From assembly GCA_903843305.1 (NCBI GenBank), contig CAIMPI010000042.1:4920-68919 (forward strand): a DNA stretch of 64,000 nucleotides, read 5' to 3'. Shown here piece after piece: positions 50,748 through 61,663 of this stretch. Each line of letters opens with the position of its first letter. Within the stretch, counting starts at the first letter, position 1. A program made the position numbers and the translations under genes. The stretch comes from an uncultured Chlorobiaceae bacterium (lineage in GTDB: Bacteria > Bacteroidota > Chlorobiia > Chlorobiales > Chlorobiaceae). Under the pieces are notes generated by a model, which worked only from the letters and a program-made list of their open reading frames with translations, was not told the origin of the DNA and did no database searches.

Positions 50748-52034
50748 ATGAATGTTTTAATTGTCGGAAGTGGTGCGCGTGAACATGCACTCTGTTGGGC
50801 CGTCGCACAGAGTGATCGTGTGCAGAGTGTTTTTGTAGCGCCAGGGAACGGTGGCACAGCCATGATGGGCGGCAAGGTACGTAATGTACTGTTAAAAGCT
50901 ACAGCGCTTGATGATCTGCTTGGGTTTGCCGTTGATAATGATATTGATCTGACAGTTGTTGGTTCGGAGGTCCCGCTTGAATTGGGCATTGTGGATATTT
51001 TTCGCGCCGCACAGAAGCTGGTAGTTGGTCCCACACAGGCGGCAGCTCGTCTTGAGTCAAGCAAGGTCTTTTCAAAAGAGTTCATGCTGCGTCATGGTAT
51101 TCCTACGGCCGATTATCATGTTTTTCGGGATGCTCATGCGGCCAGCAGCTATATCGGGTCACCAGAGACCTTGTTTCCTCTGGTGATCAAGGCAAGCGGT
51201 TTATGTGCAGGAAAAGGGGTTTTTATTGTCTCGGGCAAAGAGCCAGCGCTGATGGTAATCAGGGAACTATTTGAAGATCGTATTTTTGGTGATGCTGGAA
51301 ATGAGGTGGTCATCGAGGAGTTTCTTCAGGGTCAGGAGGCAAGTGTCTTTGCTTTGACTGACGGAACCCGCTATCGTCTTTTTCTGCCAGCCCAGGACCA
51401 CAAGCGTATCGGTGACGGAGATACCGGCAAGAATACCGGTGGCATGGGAGCATACTGCCCTGCACCGATTGTTACCCCGGAGGTGATGCAGAAAGTAGAG
51501 GAGCGGATTATCAAGCCTACTTTGAAAGGCATGGCTGAAGAGGGTTTTCCGTATACCGGTTTTTTGTATGTCGGACTGATGATCGACGGCGGAGAGCCTT
51601 TCGTTGTTGAGTACAATGCACGATTGGGTGATCCTGAAACTCAGGTGGTGCTTCCTCTGTTAAAAAGTGACTTTATTGCCGCCCTTCAGGCCAGTGTTGA
51701 TGGAACGCTTGATGAGGTATCGTTTGAGATGCACCGGAAATCGGCGGCTACGGTTGTGATTGCTTCTGGCGGTTATCCCGACCATTATGAAACTGGCAAG
51801 ACGATTTCTCTTTCCGATGATATTGCTGAGATGGAGGATTGTATGGTGTTTCATGCTGGAACGGCCTGCGAAGGCGGGCAGCTTGTTACTGCCGGTGGAA
51901 GGGTTTTTTCGGTTACAGCACTTGGTCAGACCCTAAAGGAGAGCATTGACCATGCTTATAGTATTGTTGAAAAAATCAGCTTTGAAGGTGCATATTACCG
52001 TACAGACATTGGTACCAAGGGGCTTTCAATATGA
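50748..52034 (+). CDS. purD: Phosphoribosylamine-glycine ligase
   Basis: VLIVGSGAREHA, LESSKVFSK, DHKRIGDGDTG.NTGGMGAY and EYNARLGDPE motifs. Confidence 0.97.
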   Translation: MNVLIVGSGAREHALCWAVAQSDRVQSVFVAPGNGGTAMMGGKVRNVLLKATALDDLLGFAVDNDIDLTVVGSEVPLELGIVDIFRAAQKLVVGPTQAAARLESSKVFSKEFMLRHGIPTADYHVFRDAHAASSYIGSPETLFPLVIKASGLCAGKGVFIVSGKEPALMVIRELFEDRIFGDAGNEVVIEEFLQGQEASVFALTDGTRYRLFLPAQDHKRIGDGDTGKNTGGMGAYCPAPIVTPEVMQKVEERIIKPTLKGMAEEGFPYTGFLYVGLMIDGGEPFVVEYNARLGDPETQVVLPLLKSDFIAALQASVDGTLDEVSFEMHRKSAATVVIASGGYPDHYETGKTISLSDDIAEMEDCMVFHAGTACEGGQLVTAGGRVFSVTALGQTLKESIDHAYSIVEKISFEGAYYRTDIGTKGLSI

Positions 52035-52462
52035 AACTATTCCGGCGTAAATTCGAAATTATTCAGGAGCAGGCTTTTCGGGAGTTGCCCTACGAATGTT
52101 GCGGTCTGCTTGTTGGAATAAGGCAAAAAGATCACAAGGGAAATATAGAAAACATTGTTTATGAGGTGGCCCCCTGTCGAAACTGTCTCTATTTTGGCAA
52201 AGAGCAGGGTTTTGAGATCTCTCATCAGGATTATCTTGATATAGAACGGGAGGCAGCAAGACATGGTTTCGATATTATTGGCTCCTATCATTCTCATATC
52301 AATTCTCCAGCAATTCCTTCACTTCATGACGTTGATTTTGCTCGTGCGGGTCATACGTTGCTGATCATAGCATTGATAAATGGGCGACCAAAGGAGGTTA
52401 CCGCATGGTTGAGACGGGAGTCGGGAGGGTTTCACCAGGAGCAGATCCGTGTGGTCGAGTAG
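52031..52462 (+). CDS. Mov34/MPN/JAB (JAMM) metalloprotease-family protein
   Basis: ECCGLLVG and YHSH...PS..D JAMM motif. Confidence 0.88.
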   Translation: MKLFRRKFEIIQEQAFRELPYECCGLLVGIRQKDHKGNIENIVYEVAPCRNCLYFGKEQGFEISHQDYLDIEREAARHGFDIIGSYHSHINSPAIPSLHDVDFARAGHTLLIIALINGRPKEVTAWLRRESGGFHQEQIRVVE

Positions 52463-52550
52463 TTTGCCACCGCATGGGCGGACAAAACTCGTTAAATATT
52501 TTGTACATTACTTTTCGTAAAGCTTACCAAGTCTTAAACCCGAAAAAAAC

Positions 52551-54029
52551 GTGCCAAAGCGGGAAGATATAAAGTCGATTTTAGTGATTGGTGCCGGTCC
52601 TATCGTGATCGGTCAGGCCTGTGAATTTGATTATTCCGGTACCCAGGCGTGTCGTGCTCTCAAGGAGGATGGTTACCGTGTTGTGCTGGTCAACAGCAAT
52701 CCGGCGACCATTATGACTGATATAGAGTTTGCTGATGCGACCTATATTGAGCCGATTACTCCGGAGTATGTACAGAAAATTATCGAACGTGAAAAACCTG
52801 ATGCCTTACTGCCAACCATGGGTGGCCAGACAGCCCTGAATATTGCCGTCAGTCTTGCCGAGTCAGGCATTCTTGAACGCAACGGCGTTGAACTGATCGG
52901 CGCAAAACTTCGTGCAATCAGAAAAGCTGAAAATCGTGAGTTTTTCAGTGATGCCATGAAAAAAATCGGCCTTGAAATGGCGAAAGGTTTTTTTGTTCGC
53001 AACGAAAAAGAGGCGAAAGAGGCGCTTGAAGAGATCGGCCTGCCGCTTGTTATTCGTCCCTCCTTTACTCTTGGCGGGACAGGTGGTGGTTTTGCCCAGT
53101 CGAAAGCAGACTATTATGAAGCCGTGCGGAGAGGTCTGACGGAAAGTCCTATCAGTGAAGTACTTGTTGAGGAGTGCCTGATCGGTTGGAAGGAGTATGA
53201 ACTTGAGGTTATCCGTGATCTGGCTGATAACGTTATTATCGTCTGCTCTATTGAGAATGTCGATCCAATGGGTGTGCATACTGGCGACAGCATTACCGTA
53301 GCGCCAGCCCAGACACTTACTGACCGCCAGTATCAGGAACTTCGTGATGCCTCGATAAGAATTATTCGCGAGATTGGTGTTGAGACAGGTGGCAGCAATA
53401 TCCAGTTTGCCATTAATCCTCTTGATGGCCGTATTGTGGTTATTGAAATGAATCCCCGCGTATCGCGCAGTTCAGCGTTGGCTTCAAAGGCAACCGGTTT
53501 TCCGATCGCCAAAGTTGCAGCAAAACTTGCTGTTGGATACAGGCTTGATGAGATTATTAATGACATTACAAAAACAACGCCAGCCAGTTTTGAGCCAGCT
53601 ATTGACTATTGTGTCGTCAAGATTCCGCGGTGGGATTTTGAAAAGTTCAAGAATGTTGATGCTCGTCTTGGTGTGCAGATGAAGTCAGTTGGTGAGGTGA
53701 TGGCCTTTGGCCGAAACTTCAGGGAAGCGTTGCAGAAATCGCTTCGTGGTCTTGAGATTGGTCGTGCCGGGCTTGGTTCAGACGGCAAGGATGTTATGAA
53801 TGTTCTTGATATGACTCCGCAACAGAAAAAGTTTGCTAAAGAGGACATTCTCGAAAAAATCAAGATACCGAAAGCCGACCGGGTGTTTTATCTCCGTTAT
53901 GCTTTCCAGGCAGGTGCTACCATTGATGAGGTGCATCAGTCAACAGGCATTGATCCCTGGTTTCTTGATAATATCCTTCAGATTGTTGAGCTCGAAGATG
54001 AGCTTCGTGAACTTGCTGCCGCTGACTGA
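52551..54029 (+). CDS. carB: Carbamoyl-phosphate synthase large subunit, N-terminal half only
   Basis: [27 protein letters not shown] and [19 protein letters not shown] motifs; ends at 492 aa within the oligomerisation region. Confidence 0.9.
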   Translation: MPKREDIKSILVIGAGPIVIGQACEFDYSGTQACRALKEDGYRVVLVNSNPATIMTDIEFADATYIEPITPEYVQKIIEREKPDALLPTMGGQTALNIAVSLAESGILERNGVELIGAKLRAIRKAENREFFSDAMKKIGLEMAKGFFVRNEKEAKEALEEIGLPLVIRPSFTLGGTGGGFAQSKADYYEAVRRGLTESPISEVLVEECLIGWKEYELEVIRDLADNVIIVCSIENVDPMGVHTGDSITVAPAQTLTDRQYQELRDASIRIIREIGVETGGSNIQFAINPLDGRIVVIEMNPRVSRSSALASKATGFPIAKVAAKLAVGYRLDEIINDITKTTPASFEPAIDYCVVKIPRWDFEKFKNVDARLGVQMKSVGEVMAFGRNFREALQKSLRGLEIGRAGLGSDGKDVMNVLDMTPQQKKFAKEDILEKIKIPKADRVFYLRYAFQAGATIDEVHQSTGIDPWFLDNILQIVELEDELRELAAAD

Positions 54030-54035
54030 CCTGCC

Positions 54036-54812
54036 ATGACCTATCTTGCCAGGATTTTAGAGGAGAAAAAGCGTGAGGTGGCGGAGCTTGAAAGGGAGAA
54101 ACCCGCGCAGCGTTATCAGGAGCTGCAGAGTTCTCTGGAGGCGACACGTGACTTTGGTGCAGCAATCGCTCGAAGAGGTGGAGGGTTGCGACTTATCGCC
54201 GAGATTAAAAAAGCATCTCCCTCGCGAGGTCTTATCGTTCAGGATTTCGATCCAGTCACCATGGCCCATGGTTATGCTGAACTTGGCGCTGCAGCCTTTT
54301 CAGTGCTTACTGATCGTCTTTTTTTTCAGGGCTCCATCGACTATCTTCAACAGGTGAGCCGCTCATTTCCGTTGCCAGTCCTGCGCAAAGATTTTATTAT
54401 TGATGAGTTACAGATATTTGAGTCACGCCTGATTGGCGCTGATGCCATTCTGCTGATTGTGGCCGCGCTCGATCCAACCCAACTTGGAGATTATCTGCAG
54501 CTTGCTGATGCTCTTGGCCTGTATGCGCTTGTGGAAGTGCATGACGGTCATGAGCTTGCTATTGCCATTGAAAAAGGCGCAGCAATTATCGGGATCAACA
54601 ACCGCAATCTGAAAGATTTTTCGGTTGATCTTCATGCTTCGGTTGCACTTCGCCCCCTGATTCCTTCGGCTGTTGTCGCTGTAGCTGAAAGCGGCATGAA
54701 AACAGCCATGGACATTGCACTTATTGAGCGGGCATCATTTGATGCTGTGCTGATAGGAGAGGGACTGCATACGAGCCCCGAGCTTCACGAAATTATCTGG
54801 TCAAAGCCCTGA
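54036..54812 (+). CDS. trpC: Indole-3-glycerol phosphate synthase
   Basis: [33 protein letters not shown] and VAESG motifs. Confidence 0.96.
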   Translation: MTYLARILEEKKREVAELEREKPAQRYQELQSSLEATRDFGAAIARRGGGLRLIAEIKKASPSRGLIVQDFDPVTMAHGYAELGAAAFSVLTDRLFFQGSIDYLQQVSRSFPLPVLRKDFIIDELQIFESRLIGADAILLIVAALDPTQLGDYLQLADALGLYALVEVHDGHELAIAIEKGAAIIGINNRNLKDFSVDLHASVALRPLIPSAVVAVAESGMKTAMDIALIERASFDAVLIGEGLHTSPELHEIIWSKP

Positions 54813-55458
54813 TTTTAGCCGCAGTGCGTGCCGGATCTGCCGATTTAAAGAATGCTGTGCCTGCAATCAGCGCATCAGCTCCAGCTGTTACCAGATCCTG
54901 GGCATTCTCTTCGGTTATGCCTCCGTCAACGGCGATAACCATCTTTGGATTTACCTTCAGGCGTATGTTATGAAGCTGCAAAATTTTACCAATTGAAGAG
55001 GGAATAAACTTCTGTCCACCAAAACCGGGGTTAACCGACATCAGCAGAACGAGATCAAGATCCGGCAGAATCGATTCGAGCGTCGATAATGGGGTTCCTG
55101 GATTGATTGACACGCCAGCTTTTGCGCCGAGGCTCTTAATAAACTGAATGGTGCGGTGCAGATGCGGGCAGGCTTCCTGATGAACGGTAATCTGATGCGA
55201 ACCTGCTTTGACAAAATCCTCGATGTAACGGTCTGGATCTGCAATCATCAGATGCGTGTCAATAATCATCGGAGTACATGCAGCAATAGCCTGTACAACA
55301 AATGGCCCAAAAGTAATATTGGGAACAAAGTTTCCGTCCATGATATCGCAGTGCATCCAGTCTGCGCTTGCTTTTGTGGCTATTTCTATTGAGTCTTTAA
55401 GGCGGGTAAAGTCGGCCGAAAGAATGGATGGTGCAAGTAGTGTGGATGGTACAGGCAT
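54793..55458 (-). CDS. rpe: Ribulose-phosphate 3-epimerase
   Basis: [21 protein letters not shown] and [10 protein letters not shown] motifs; start re-called to the ATG at 55458. Confidence 0.96.
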   Translation of the reverse strand: MPVPSTLLAPSILSADFTRLKDSIEIATKASADWMHCDIMDGNFVPNITFGPFVVQAIAACTPMIIDTHLMIADPDRYIEDFVKAGSHQITVHQEACPHLHRTIQFIKSLGAKAGVSINPGTPLSTLESILPDLDLVLLMSVNPGFGGQKFIPSSIGKILQLHNIRLKVNPKMVIAVDGGITEENAQDLVTAGADALIAGTAFFKSADPARTAAKIRALTR

Positions 55459-55504
55459 TGAGATATGTCCTTGATCGTGAAAAAAAATTAATTTGGGCAA
55501 ATAA

Positions 55505-57703
55505 TTAAAAAGCTTCACCAATTCCAAAATTGAAAGTGTATTTACCTAGGCTCAATGTTGAAATACGCCAGGGGTTTGCTTCTGTCGGATCGTGGAGTTT
55601 ATAGGCGAAATCAAAACGGAAGGGACCGATTGGTGAGCCAAGTCGAAGCCCTATTCCTGAATCCCAGGCGAAATCTCGCGTTAGAGAACCAATGTTGAAT
55701 GCGTATGGGCCAGTTCTGTCCCAAATATTTCCAATATCAGTAAAAAAGGTTACTCCTGAAGACTGGTTGAGGAATCTGAAAAATTTCATGCGATATTCCA
55801 GGCCGAGTTCGAGCTTTATATCAGCGCCAAAATTAGCAGCAGCTTTGCTTACACTGTTGCCGGGCCCGAGAGTATTGAAAAGCCAGCCTCTCATGCTGTT
55901 TGCTCCTCCCGCATAGAAACGGCGTTCTTCAGGTGTTGCGTCCGCTTTTCCGTAAGGTGCCATCCATCCCGCATGCCATTTACCGGCAAGTTGGCTGTGT
56001 GGCGATAAGTTTTTTGAGAAATTTGCTCCGGATTCAAGTTTAATATATTGCGAATAGGTGGTGCCAAATATCTGTGGGTCTTTATCTGTGAAATTGCTGT
56101 ACTTTTTAGTGTCAATATATTTATCCACAAGCCATGCAAGGCTTCCGGATTCTTCAACAAGAAGGTCGTAGTTCCAGATTGTGTTTTCCGGAAGTACGCT
56201 TTGACGGTTTGTGGAGTTGAAGCGAAGACGGAATGTCTGGTTGACATGAGTGTTAAGAAGACTGTCAATTCCCGTGTTAACCGCAGCTTCATTGGAAGGG
56301 TTTATGCCGATATTTTTGGCAAGATCGGTTTTAAATAGCTGTTTGAATCCTCTAAGAGAGTCTTTCTTTACCCATTCAACTTCAAAAAAATCAAAATTCA
56401 GACGCGATGATGGATTCAGTCGGGCGTTGTAACTTCCCCGTATCAGGCCATTTTTACTCGAGAGCAGCACCGGCTGCTTTGTGGTTGCGTATTCAATTGT
56501 TGTCGAATAGAAGTTGCCGTTTTTTTTCAGAACCGGCATGATCAGAGTGCTTTTTAGACTGAATTCATAAGGAATTATCTTGGAATATTGATTAGCGTCA
56601 AGATTTGCAAGCAGTTTGTTGTTGGAACTGGCCTGTGTGCCGTATTCGGTTGATGTAAGGAACTGTTCACCTCCACCAAAGAGGTTTTTGTTTTCATAAG
56701 CCAGAGAAGTTCCTAAAAAGAGGGGGCCGTAACGGTTATCGACAAGAATTTTTGGTTCAATCTGGTGCTTGGGTGCTGTTTCAAGGTTGATGGTTGTATA
56801 GAGTTTGCCAGCCCGCACCGAGTCTGGAGTGATGTAAATCGACGAGAAAACATTGGTTGCGCCAAGATTCCGTAACGTATTTTGTTCGAGAGTCTGGCGG
56901 GTAAAGTTTCCTGGGCGAAATTCGATAGATGAGGTAATCAGATTTGGTGAGATCCACTGCTTTCCGAGAATTCGGCCATTAATGCCTTCCTGAGAAAATT
57001 TTTTTTCTTTAGCAGTATTGTTTTTCAGTGAATTATCGACTACGGCATTAATTGTGCCGTATTTAAGTCTTTCTGGAAGGTTGAGCCTGAACAGGATTCC
57101 GGCATGAGTGCCTACGGTATCAACCTTGATGCGAATACTGTCTTCGTGAAAAAAAGCGAAACCGTATTCCCTGAAAAATGCGATGGTTCGGTCCCTTTCT
57201 TCGATAAGGCGTTCTACGGAAAAAACATCATTGATCTTCAGTCGTTTTTTCCTTAGATACTCTGTTCTAAGTTCTTCAGGAATATTGTTAAGTCCTTCGT
57301 AATGAAGTGCATCGACTATTGATGGTTGATTTTCATGGATCAGGATATTCAGATTAACTTTTTTGCCGTTATTTTTCCGGACAATTGTGGTGTCTACGTC
57401 GGCGAAAAAATATCCTTTATAGGTATAGAGCTTTTTGATCAGGAAGATGTCTTTGGCAAACTCTTCCGAATTAAAAGGTTTACGTGCGCCACCGAAAAGG
57501 CCAAGCCCAAGCAAGGATCTATTTTCAGTGGTGACTATGATCAGGCGAAGTTCTTCCTCACTGATTGACGTATTGCCCTCGAAGTTAATTTTGCCTACAT
57601 AAGCAGGCAAAGTAGAACTCTTTTCATCTCTGCTGTCAGGTTTACCATGAACAGGGAAGGCACAGAGCAGTAAAAGGGCGATAAGAGCAAGCGCTTTTGC
57701 CAA
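55505..57703 (-). CDS. BamA/TamA (Omp85)-family outer-membrane protein
   Basis: Signal peptide, POTRA-like domain, RFYAGGANSMRGW, GSPIGPFRFD and C-terminal FGIGEAF. Confidence 0.9.
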   Translation of the reverse strand: MAKALALIALLLLCAFPVHGKPDSRDEKSSTLPAYVGKINFEGNTSISEEELRLIIVTTENRSLLGLGLFGGARKPFNSEEFAKDIFLIKKLYTYKGYFFADVDTTIVRKNNGKKVNLNILIHENQPSIVDALHYEGLNNIPEELRTEYLRKKRLKINDVFSVERLIEERDRTIAFFREYGFAFFHEDSIRIKVDTVGTHAGILFRLNLPERLKYGTINAVVDNSLKNNTAKEKKFSQEGINGRILGKQWISPNLITSSIEFRPGNFTRQTLEQNTLRNLGATNVFSSIYITPDSVRAGKLYTTINLETAPKHQIEPKILVDNRYGPLFLGTSLAYENKNLFGGGEQFLTSTEYGTQASSNNKLLANLDANQYSKIIPYEFSLKSTLIMPVLKKNGNFYSTTIEYATTKQPVLLSSKNGLIRGSYNARLNPSSRLNFDFFEVEWVKKDSLRGFKQLFKTDLAKNIGINPSNEAAVNTGIDSLLNTHVNQTFRLRFNSTNRQSVLPENTIWNYDLLVEESGSLAWLVDKYIDTKKYSNFTDKDPQIFGTTYSQYIKLESGANFSKNLSPHSQLAGKWHAGWMAPYGKADATPEERRFYAGGANSMRGWLFNTLGPGNSVSKAAANFGADIKLELGLEYRMKFFRFLNQSSGVTFFTDIGNIWDRTGPYAFNIGSLTRDFAWDSGIGLRLGSPIGPFRFDFAYKLHDPTEANPWRISTLSLGKYTFNFGIGEAF

Positions 57704-57722
57704 ATATGAATTCCGTTTTGTT

Positions 57723-57950
57723 CTATGTCAATGGCTCTTCATCTCCGTAGCCAAAGTCTTCGTCAGTCGGGTAATCAGGCCATATTTCATCAAGGCTTTC
57801 ATACATTTCATCACTTTCTGGAAGATCTATCAGGTTCTCAATAACCTGTTGAGGCGCTCCAGTTCTGTTAGCGTAATTGATCAGCTCATCTTTTGTTACA
57901 GGCCATGGAGCATCTGCAATATAACGGGCAAGGTCTAAATTCCAGTACAT
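57723..57950 (-). CDS. DUF2795-family protein
   Basis: MYWNLDLARYIADAPWPVTKDEL...IWPDYPTDEDF. Confidence 0.8.
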   Translation of the reverse strand: MYWNLDLARYIADAPWPVTKDELINYANRTGAPQQVIENLIDLPESDEMYESLDEIWPDYPTDEDFGYGDEEPLT

Positions 57951-57974
57951 ACTACGTTAGTTGAGTTTTTTCAG

Positions 57975-58748
57975 TTAAGAATTATTGCTACTCTGTTCCG
58001 GCATAGTTTTTTGTATTGTGATAAACTTGTCAGAGTTAGTTTCATTAAAGAAATAAGCTGTTGGATCCACTCTTATGTTATCTTTCAGGACTTCGTAGTG
58101 TAGATGCGGACCTGTAGATACGCCGGTATTTCCAGAAAGTGCAATGATTTCACCTCGCTTAATTTTCTGTCCTTGGCGTACAAGAGATTTTGACAGATGT
58201 GCATAGATGGTTTTATAGCCGTATCCGTGATTGATGGTTATTCGTTGTCCATAACCTTTGTCATATCCTGAAAAAGCAACAATTCCGTCACCTGTTGCCT
58301 GTACCTTTGTTCCTTCGGATGCCGATATATCAATGCCTGAGTGAAAAAGAGAAACATTGAAGACTGGATGGAGGCGAACGCCGAATGAACTGGTAATTAA
58401 TCCACTGAGGGGTTTAATATTGGGTATACTGGTGAAAAAGGCCGTTGGATTCGGGTTTTCAGGAAGTTCATTTGATTCTGTAGTAGTTTCTTTCTGGAAG
58501 TCTATCTTCATGATCATTTGTTCAATCATCTGTTCTGTACTTGCCAAGAGTTCTTCAGCCGTTTTTGCTGCAGTTTCGTTTTTTGGGGTGTTAGTTGGCT
58601 GTTTTTCTTCAGCCAGAAGAGTTGCTGGCGAACAGGGAAGAAAGATAAAAAGAAGAACAAAAACAATTGTGGAAAGGTTCGTAGTCAGATTGTTTAACAA
58701 TATTATACCGTCTTCAGACAGAGTTACAAACCGATTTTGCGAAGTCAT
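57975..58748 (-). CDS. M23-family metallopeptidase
   Basis: HSGID, YAHL and STGPHLHYEV motifs. Confidence 0.9.
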   Translation of the reverse strand: MTSQNRFVTLSEDGIILLNNLTTNLSTIVFVLLFIFLPCSPATLLAEEKQPTNTPKNETAAKTAEELLASTEQMIEQMIMKIDFQKETTTESNELPENPNPTAFFTSIPNIKPLSGLITSSFGVRLHPVFNVSLFHSGIDISASEGTKVQATGDGIVAFSGYDKGYGQRITINHGYGYKTIYAHLSKSLVRQGQKIKRGEIIALSGNTGVSTGPHLHYEVLKDNIRVDPTAYFFNETNSDKFITIQKTMPEQSSNNS

Positions 58749-58828
58749 GCTGTATCTTGGTTGTTTTGTCTGAAAGGCTAAAATTTCTCATAGCTGAGTA
58801 TAGGGAAATTTTCCCTATAAGTCAATGA

Positions 58829-61663
58829 TTAGTGGGCTTCCAGCCAGTTTTTTCCAATCCCTGTATCAACCTCGACCGGTACATTTTTAAGTCCACAAGT
58901 GATTGCAGCATCAATCATTGCGTGCTCAATCATAATTGAAAGCGGTTCTTTTTCATCGTCAGTGGTTTCAAAGAGCAGTTCGTCATGAACTTGCAGCAGC
59001 ATGACGGAGTTCATCTGCTTTTCGCTCATGCGAGAACTGCATAGGTTCATGGCGCATTTTATAATGTCGGCGGCTGTTCCCTGAATCGGGGTATTCATTG
59101 CGGCTCTTTCAGCAGCCTTCTGCACATTTGTATTCCGGCTGTTGAGATCGGCGATGTACCGGCGCCGTCCGAGAAGAGTTGAGACGTACCCGTTTTTTTT
59201 CCCCGTTTCGATAATGCTCTGCAATGCCTCGAAGAGGCCAGGGTATTTGGTTTTATAGGTGTCGATGATGATTTTGGCCTCTTTCTGTGGGATATTGAGT
59301 CGTTTGGCGAGACCGAAAGGCATGATACCATAAAGTACCCCGAAATTCACCTCTTTTGCCTTGCGTCGCATATCGCTGGTAATTTCATCAAGACCAAAAA
59401 TCACCTTGGCTGTGGCAGTGTGGATATCTTCATGGTTGCGGAATGCTTCAATAAGCTGAATGTCTCCCGATATTTCCGCAGCAATCCTCAGTTCAATCTG
59501 CGAATAGTCAGCCGAAAGCAACCATTTGTCGGGTGATGACGGTATGAATGCCCGGCGGATCTCTTTGCCGAGAGGAGTACGAATAGGGATGTTCTGCAGG
59601 TTCGGATTGGAGGATGAGAGCCGGCCCGTTGCTGTAATAAACTGGTTGAACGACGTATGTACTCTTCCGGTTGCAGCATTGACCATCTTAGGCAATGCGT
59701 CGATATAGGTGCCCTTGAGTTTCTGAAGGCTCCGGTATTCGAGGAGATCGCTGGCAACGGGATGCGCGGCAGAAAGCTCCTCAAGCACCTCAAAATTTGT
59801 TGAAAAGCCTGTTTTTGTCGCTTTTCTTGTTGGGAGTCCAAGGACGTTGAAGAGGATATGTGAAAGCTGTTTTGGCGAATCGATGTTGAAAGAAGAGCCC
59901 GCAGCTCCATAAATTTTTTCAGTCAGAAGCTCAAGCTCTTTTTGAGCGGTTGCAGAGGTTTTTGCAAGATGTGCCACATCGATACTTATACCAGCATACT
60001 CCATGGCAGCCAGAATGGATACCAGCGGAAATTCTATATTTTCGCAGAGCCAGAGCAGCTCTTTTTCTTTTTCGAGCTTTTTACGGAACACGTTTTCAAG
60101 CTGAAGGGCAAGATCGGCATCCTGACAAGCATAGTCAGAGAGTTTTTCAGGTTCAATGTCAAAAATATGCAGCTTCGCTTTTCCTGTGCCGACCAGTTCT
60201 TCAAAGGTCGTTGTCTGGTAGTCCAGATACTGAGCAGCTAAGTCATCAAGATTGTGTTTTTCTTCAGGGTTGAGCACATAGCTCGCGAGCATGGTGTCAA
60301 ATCCAACTGGTGAAAGCTCTATGCCATACTTTTTCAGGACGAGGATATCGTATTTGAGGTTCTGGCCGCTTTTTGGAAGTGCCGGATCTTCAAGCAGGGG
60401 TCTGAGAAGTTCCAAAGCCTTTTTTTTGTCAATGGAACTTTTCGAAAAAGAAATAAAATAGGCTTTCCCTGCTTCAACAGAGATTGAGATACCTGCCAGT
60501 TCGGCTTCAAAGGTATCAAGACTAGTTGTTTCTGTATCAACAGCGATTCGCGAACCTCCTTGCAGCGATGCTATCAGTTTTATCAACTTTTCTGTCGTGT
60601 CAACGAGTGTATACTCAGCGCCACTTTGTGGCCAGCGGAGTGAGAGTTCTGCTTCCATGGGTGGATGAACCGGAAGTGTATTAGGCAGCTCTTCTTTGTA
60701 AGGATTCTGCAAAAGAGCCTCGAAAACAGTCGGTATTCTTGACACAATCGATTTAAACCCGAGTTTTTGCAGCAGCGGAATAAGTTTTGTCCGATCGGGC
60801 AATCCACAGGCAAGATCATTCAGGGTAAAGTCAATCTTCAGATCGGTGCGTATGGTGACTAATTTTGTTACCAGATTGAGGCGAGATCGAAATTCTTCAA
60901 GACTCTGCCGGGTTTTCGGAGCAATATGCTCAAGATTGTTATAGATATTTTGCAGTGAATGGTATTTGCAAAGCAAGGAAGATGCTGTTTTTGGACCGAT
61001 TCCTTTGGCTCCAGGAATATTGTCCGATGTGTCTCCAGTCAGGGTCAGAAACTGTGTGAAGAGTTCAGGAGGAACTCCAAAGTATTCAGCGATCTCAGTT
61101 TTTCCAAGCAGCTCCAGCTCATTCTGGTTTTTCCCCGGCTTGAGGATTTTTACTCCGTCGTGGACAAGCTGAGCAAGATCCTTATCTGGAGTAACAATGT
61201 AGATTTGGCATGTCTTTTCGAATTTGTTTGAAGCAGTACCGATAAGATCATCAGCTTCATATCCTGCTGTTTTGATTATCGGGATGTTGAAGACATCAAG
61301 CAATTCGAACACCGCATTGAGCTGTATGATAAGATCTTCTGGTGGCGCTGGACGATTAGCTTTGTATTCGGGATAAAGGTCATGTCGAAACGTTTTCTCC
61401 TTGCTGTCAAAGACTGCTGCCAGGTAGTTTGGCTTATACGTTTCAAAGATTTTCAGGAGAGCTGTTGCAAATCCATAGACTGCTCCGGTTGGAATTCCGT
61501 CAGGACTTGTCATCCCTGCCCGTTGCAGTGCAAAAAAGGCACGGTAAACCATTGCCATGCCGTCGATCAGGAAAAGCGAAGGTTTTTCACCCACAGGCAT
61601 AGCAACGGATGTTTCTTTTCCCATTTCATCATGATGGAAAAAATCAAGTTGTCTCTTGTTCAT
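58829..61663 (-). CDS. polA: DNA polymerase I
   Basis: 5'-exonuclease LIDG and EADD motifs, 3'-exonuclease DTE motif, polymerase motifs ADYSQIELR, KEVNFGVLYG and QVHDEL. Confidence 0.98.
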   Translation of the reverse strand: MNKRQLDFFHHDEMGKETSVAMPVGEKPSLFLIDGMAMVYRAFFALQRAGMTSPDGIPTGAVYGFATALLKIFETYKPNYLAAVFDSKEKTFRHDLYPEYKANRPAPPEDLIIQLNAVFELLDVFNIPIIKTAGYEADDLIGTASNKFEKTCQIYIVTPDKDLAQLVHDGVKILKPGKNQNELELLGKTEIAEYFGVPPELFTQFLTLTGDTSDNIPGAKGIGPKTASSLLCKYHSLQNIYNNLEHIAPKTRQSLEEFRSRLNLVTKLVTIRTDLKIDFTLNDLACGLPDRTKLIPLLQKLGFKSIVSRIPTVFEALLQNPYKEELPNTLPVHPPMEAELSLRWPQSGAEYTLVDTTEKLIKLIASLQGGSRIAVDTETTSLDTFEAELAGISISVEAGKAYFISFSKSSIDKKKALELLRPLLEDPALPKSGQNLKYDILVLKKYGIELSPVGFDTMLASYVLNPEEKHNLDDLAAQYLDYQTTTFEELVGTGKAKLHIFDIEPEKLSDYACQDADLALQLENVFRKKLEKEKELLWLCENIEFPLVSILAAMEYAGISIDVAHLAKTSATAQKELELLTEKIYGAAGSSFNIDSPKQLSHILFNVLGLPTRKATKTGFSTNFEVLEELSAAHPVASDLLEYRSLQKLKGTYIDALPKMVNAATGRVHTSFNQFITATGRLSSSNPNLQNIPIRTPLGKEIRRAFIPSSPDKWLLSADYSQIELRIAAEISGDIQLIEAFRNHEDIHTATAKVIFGLDEITSDMRRKAKEVNFGVLYGIMPFGLAKRLNIPQKEAKIIIDTYKTKYPGLFEALQSIIETGKKNGYVSTLLGRRRYIADLNSRNTNVQKAAERAAMNTPIQGTAADIIKCAMNLCSSRMSEKQMNSVMLLQVHDELLFETTDDEKEPLSIMIEHAMIDAAITCGLKNVPVEVDTGIGKNWLEAH

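Noticed and set aside
54793-54812. 20-nt convergent overlap of trpC and rpe
   Set aside because: Short 3' overlaps of convergent genes are common in compact genomes.
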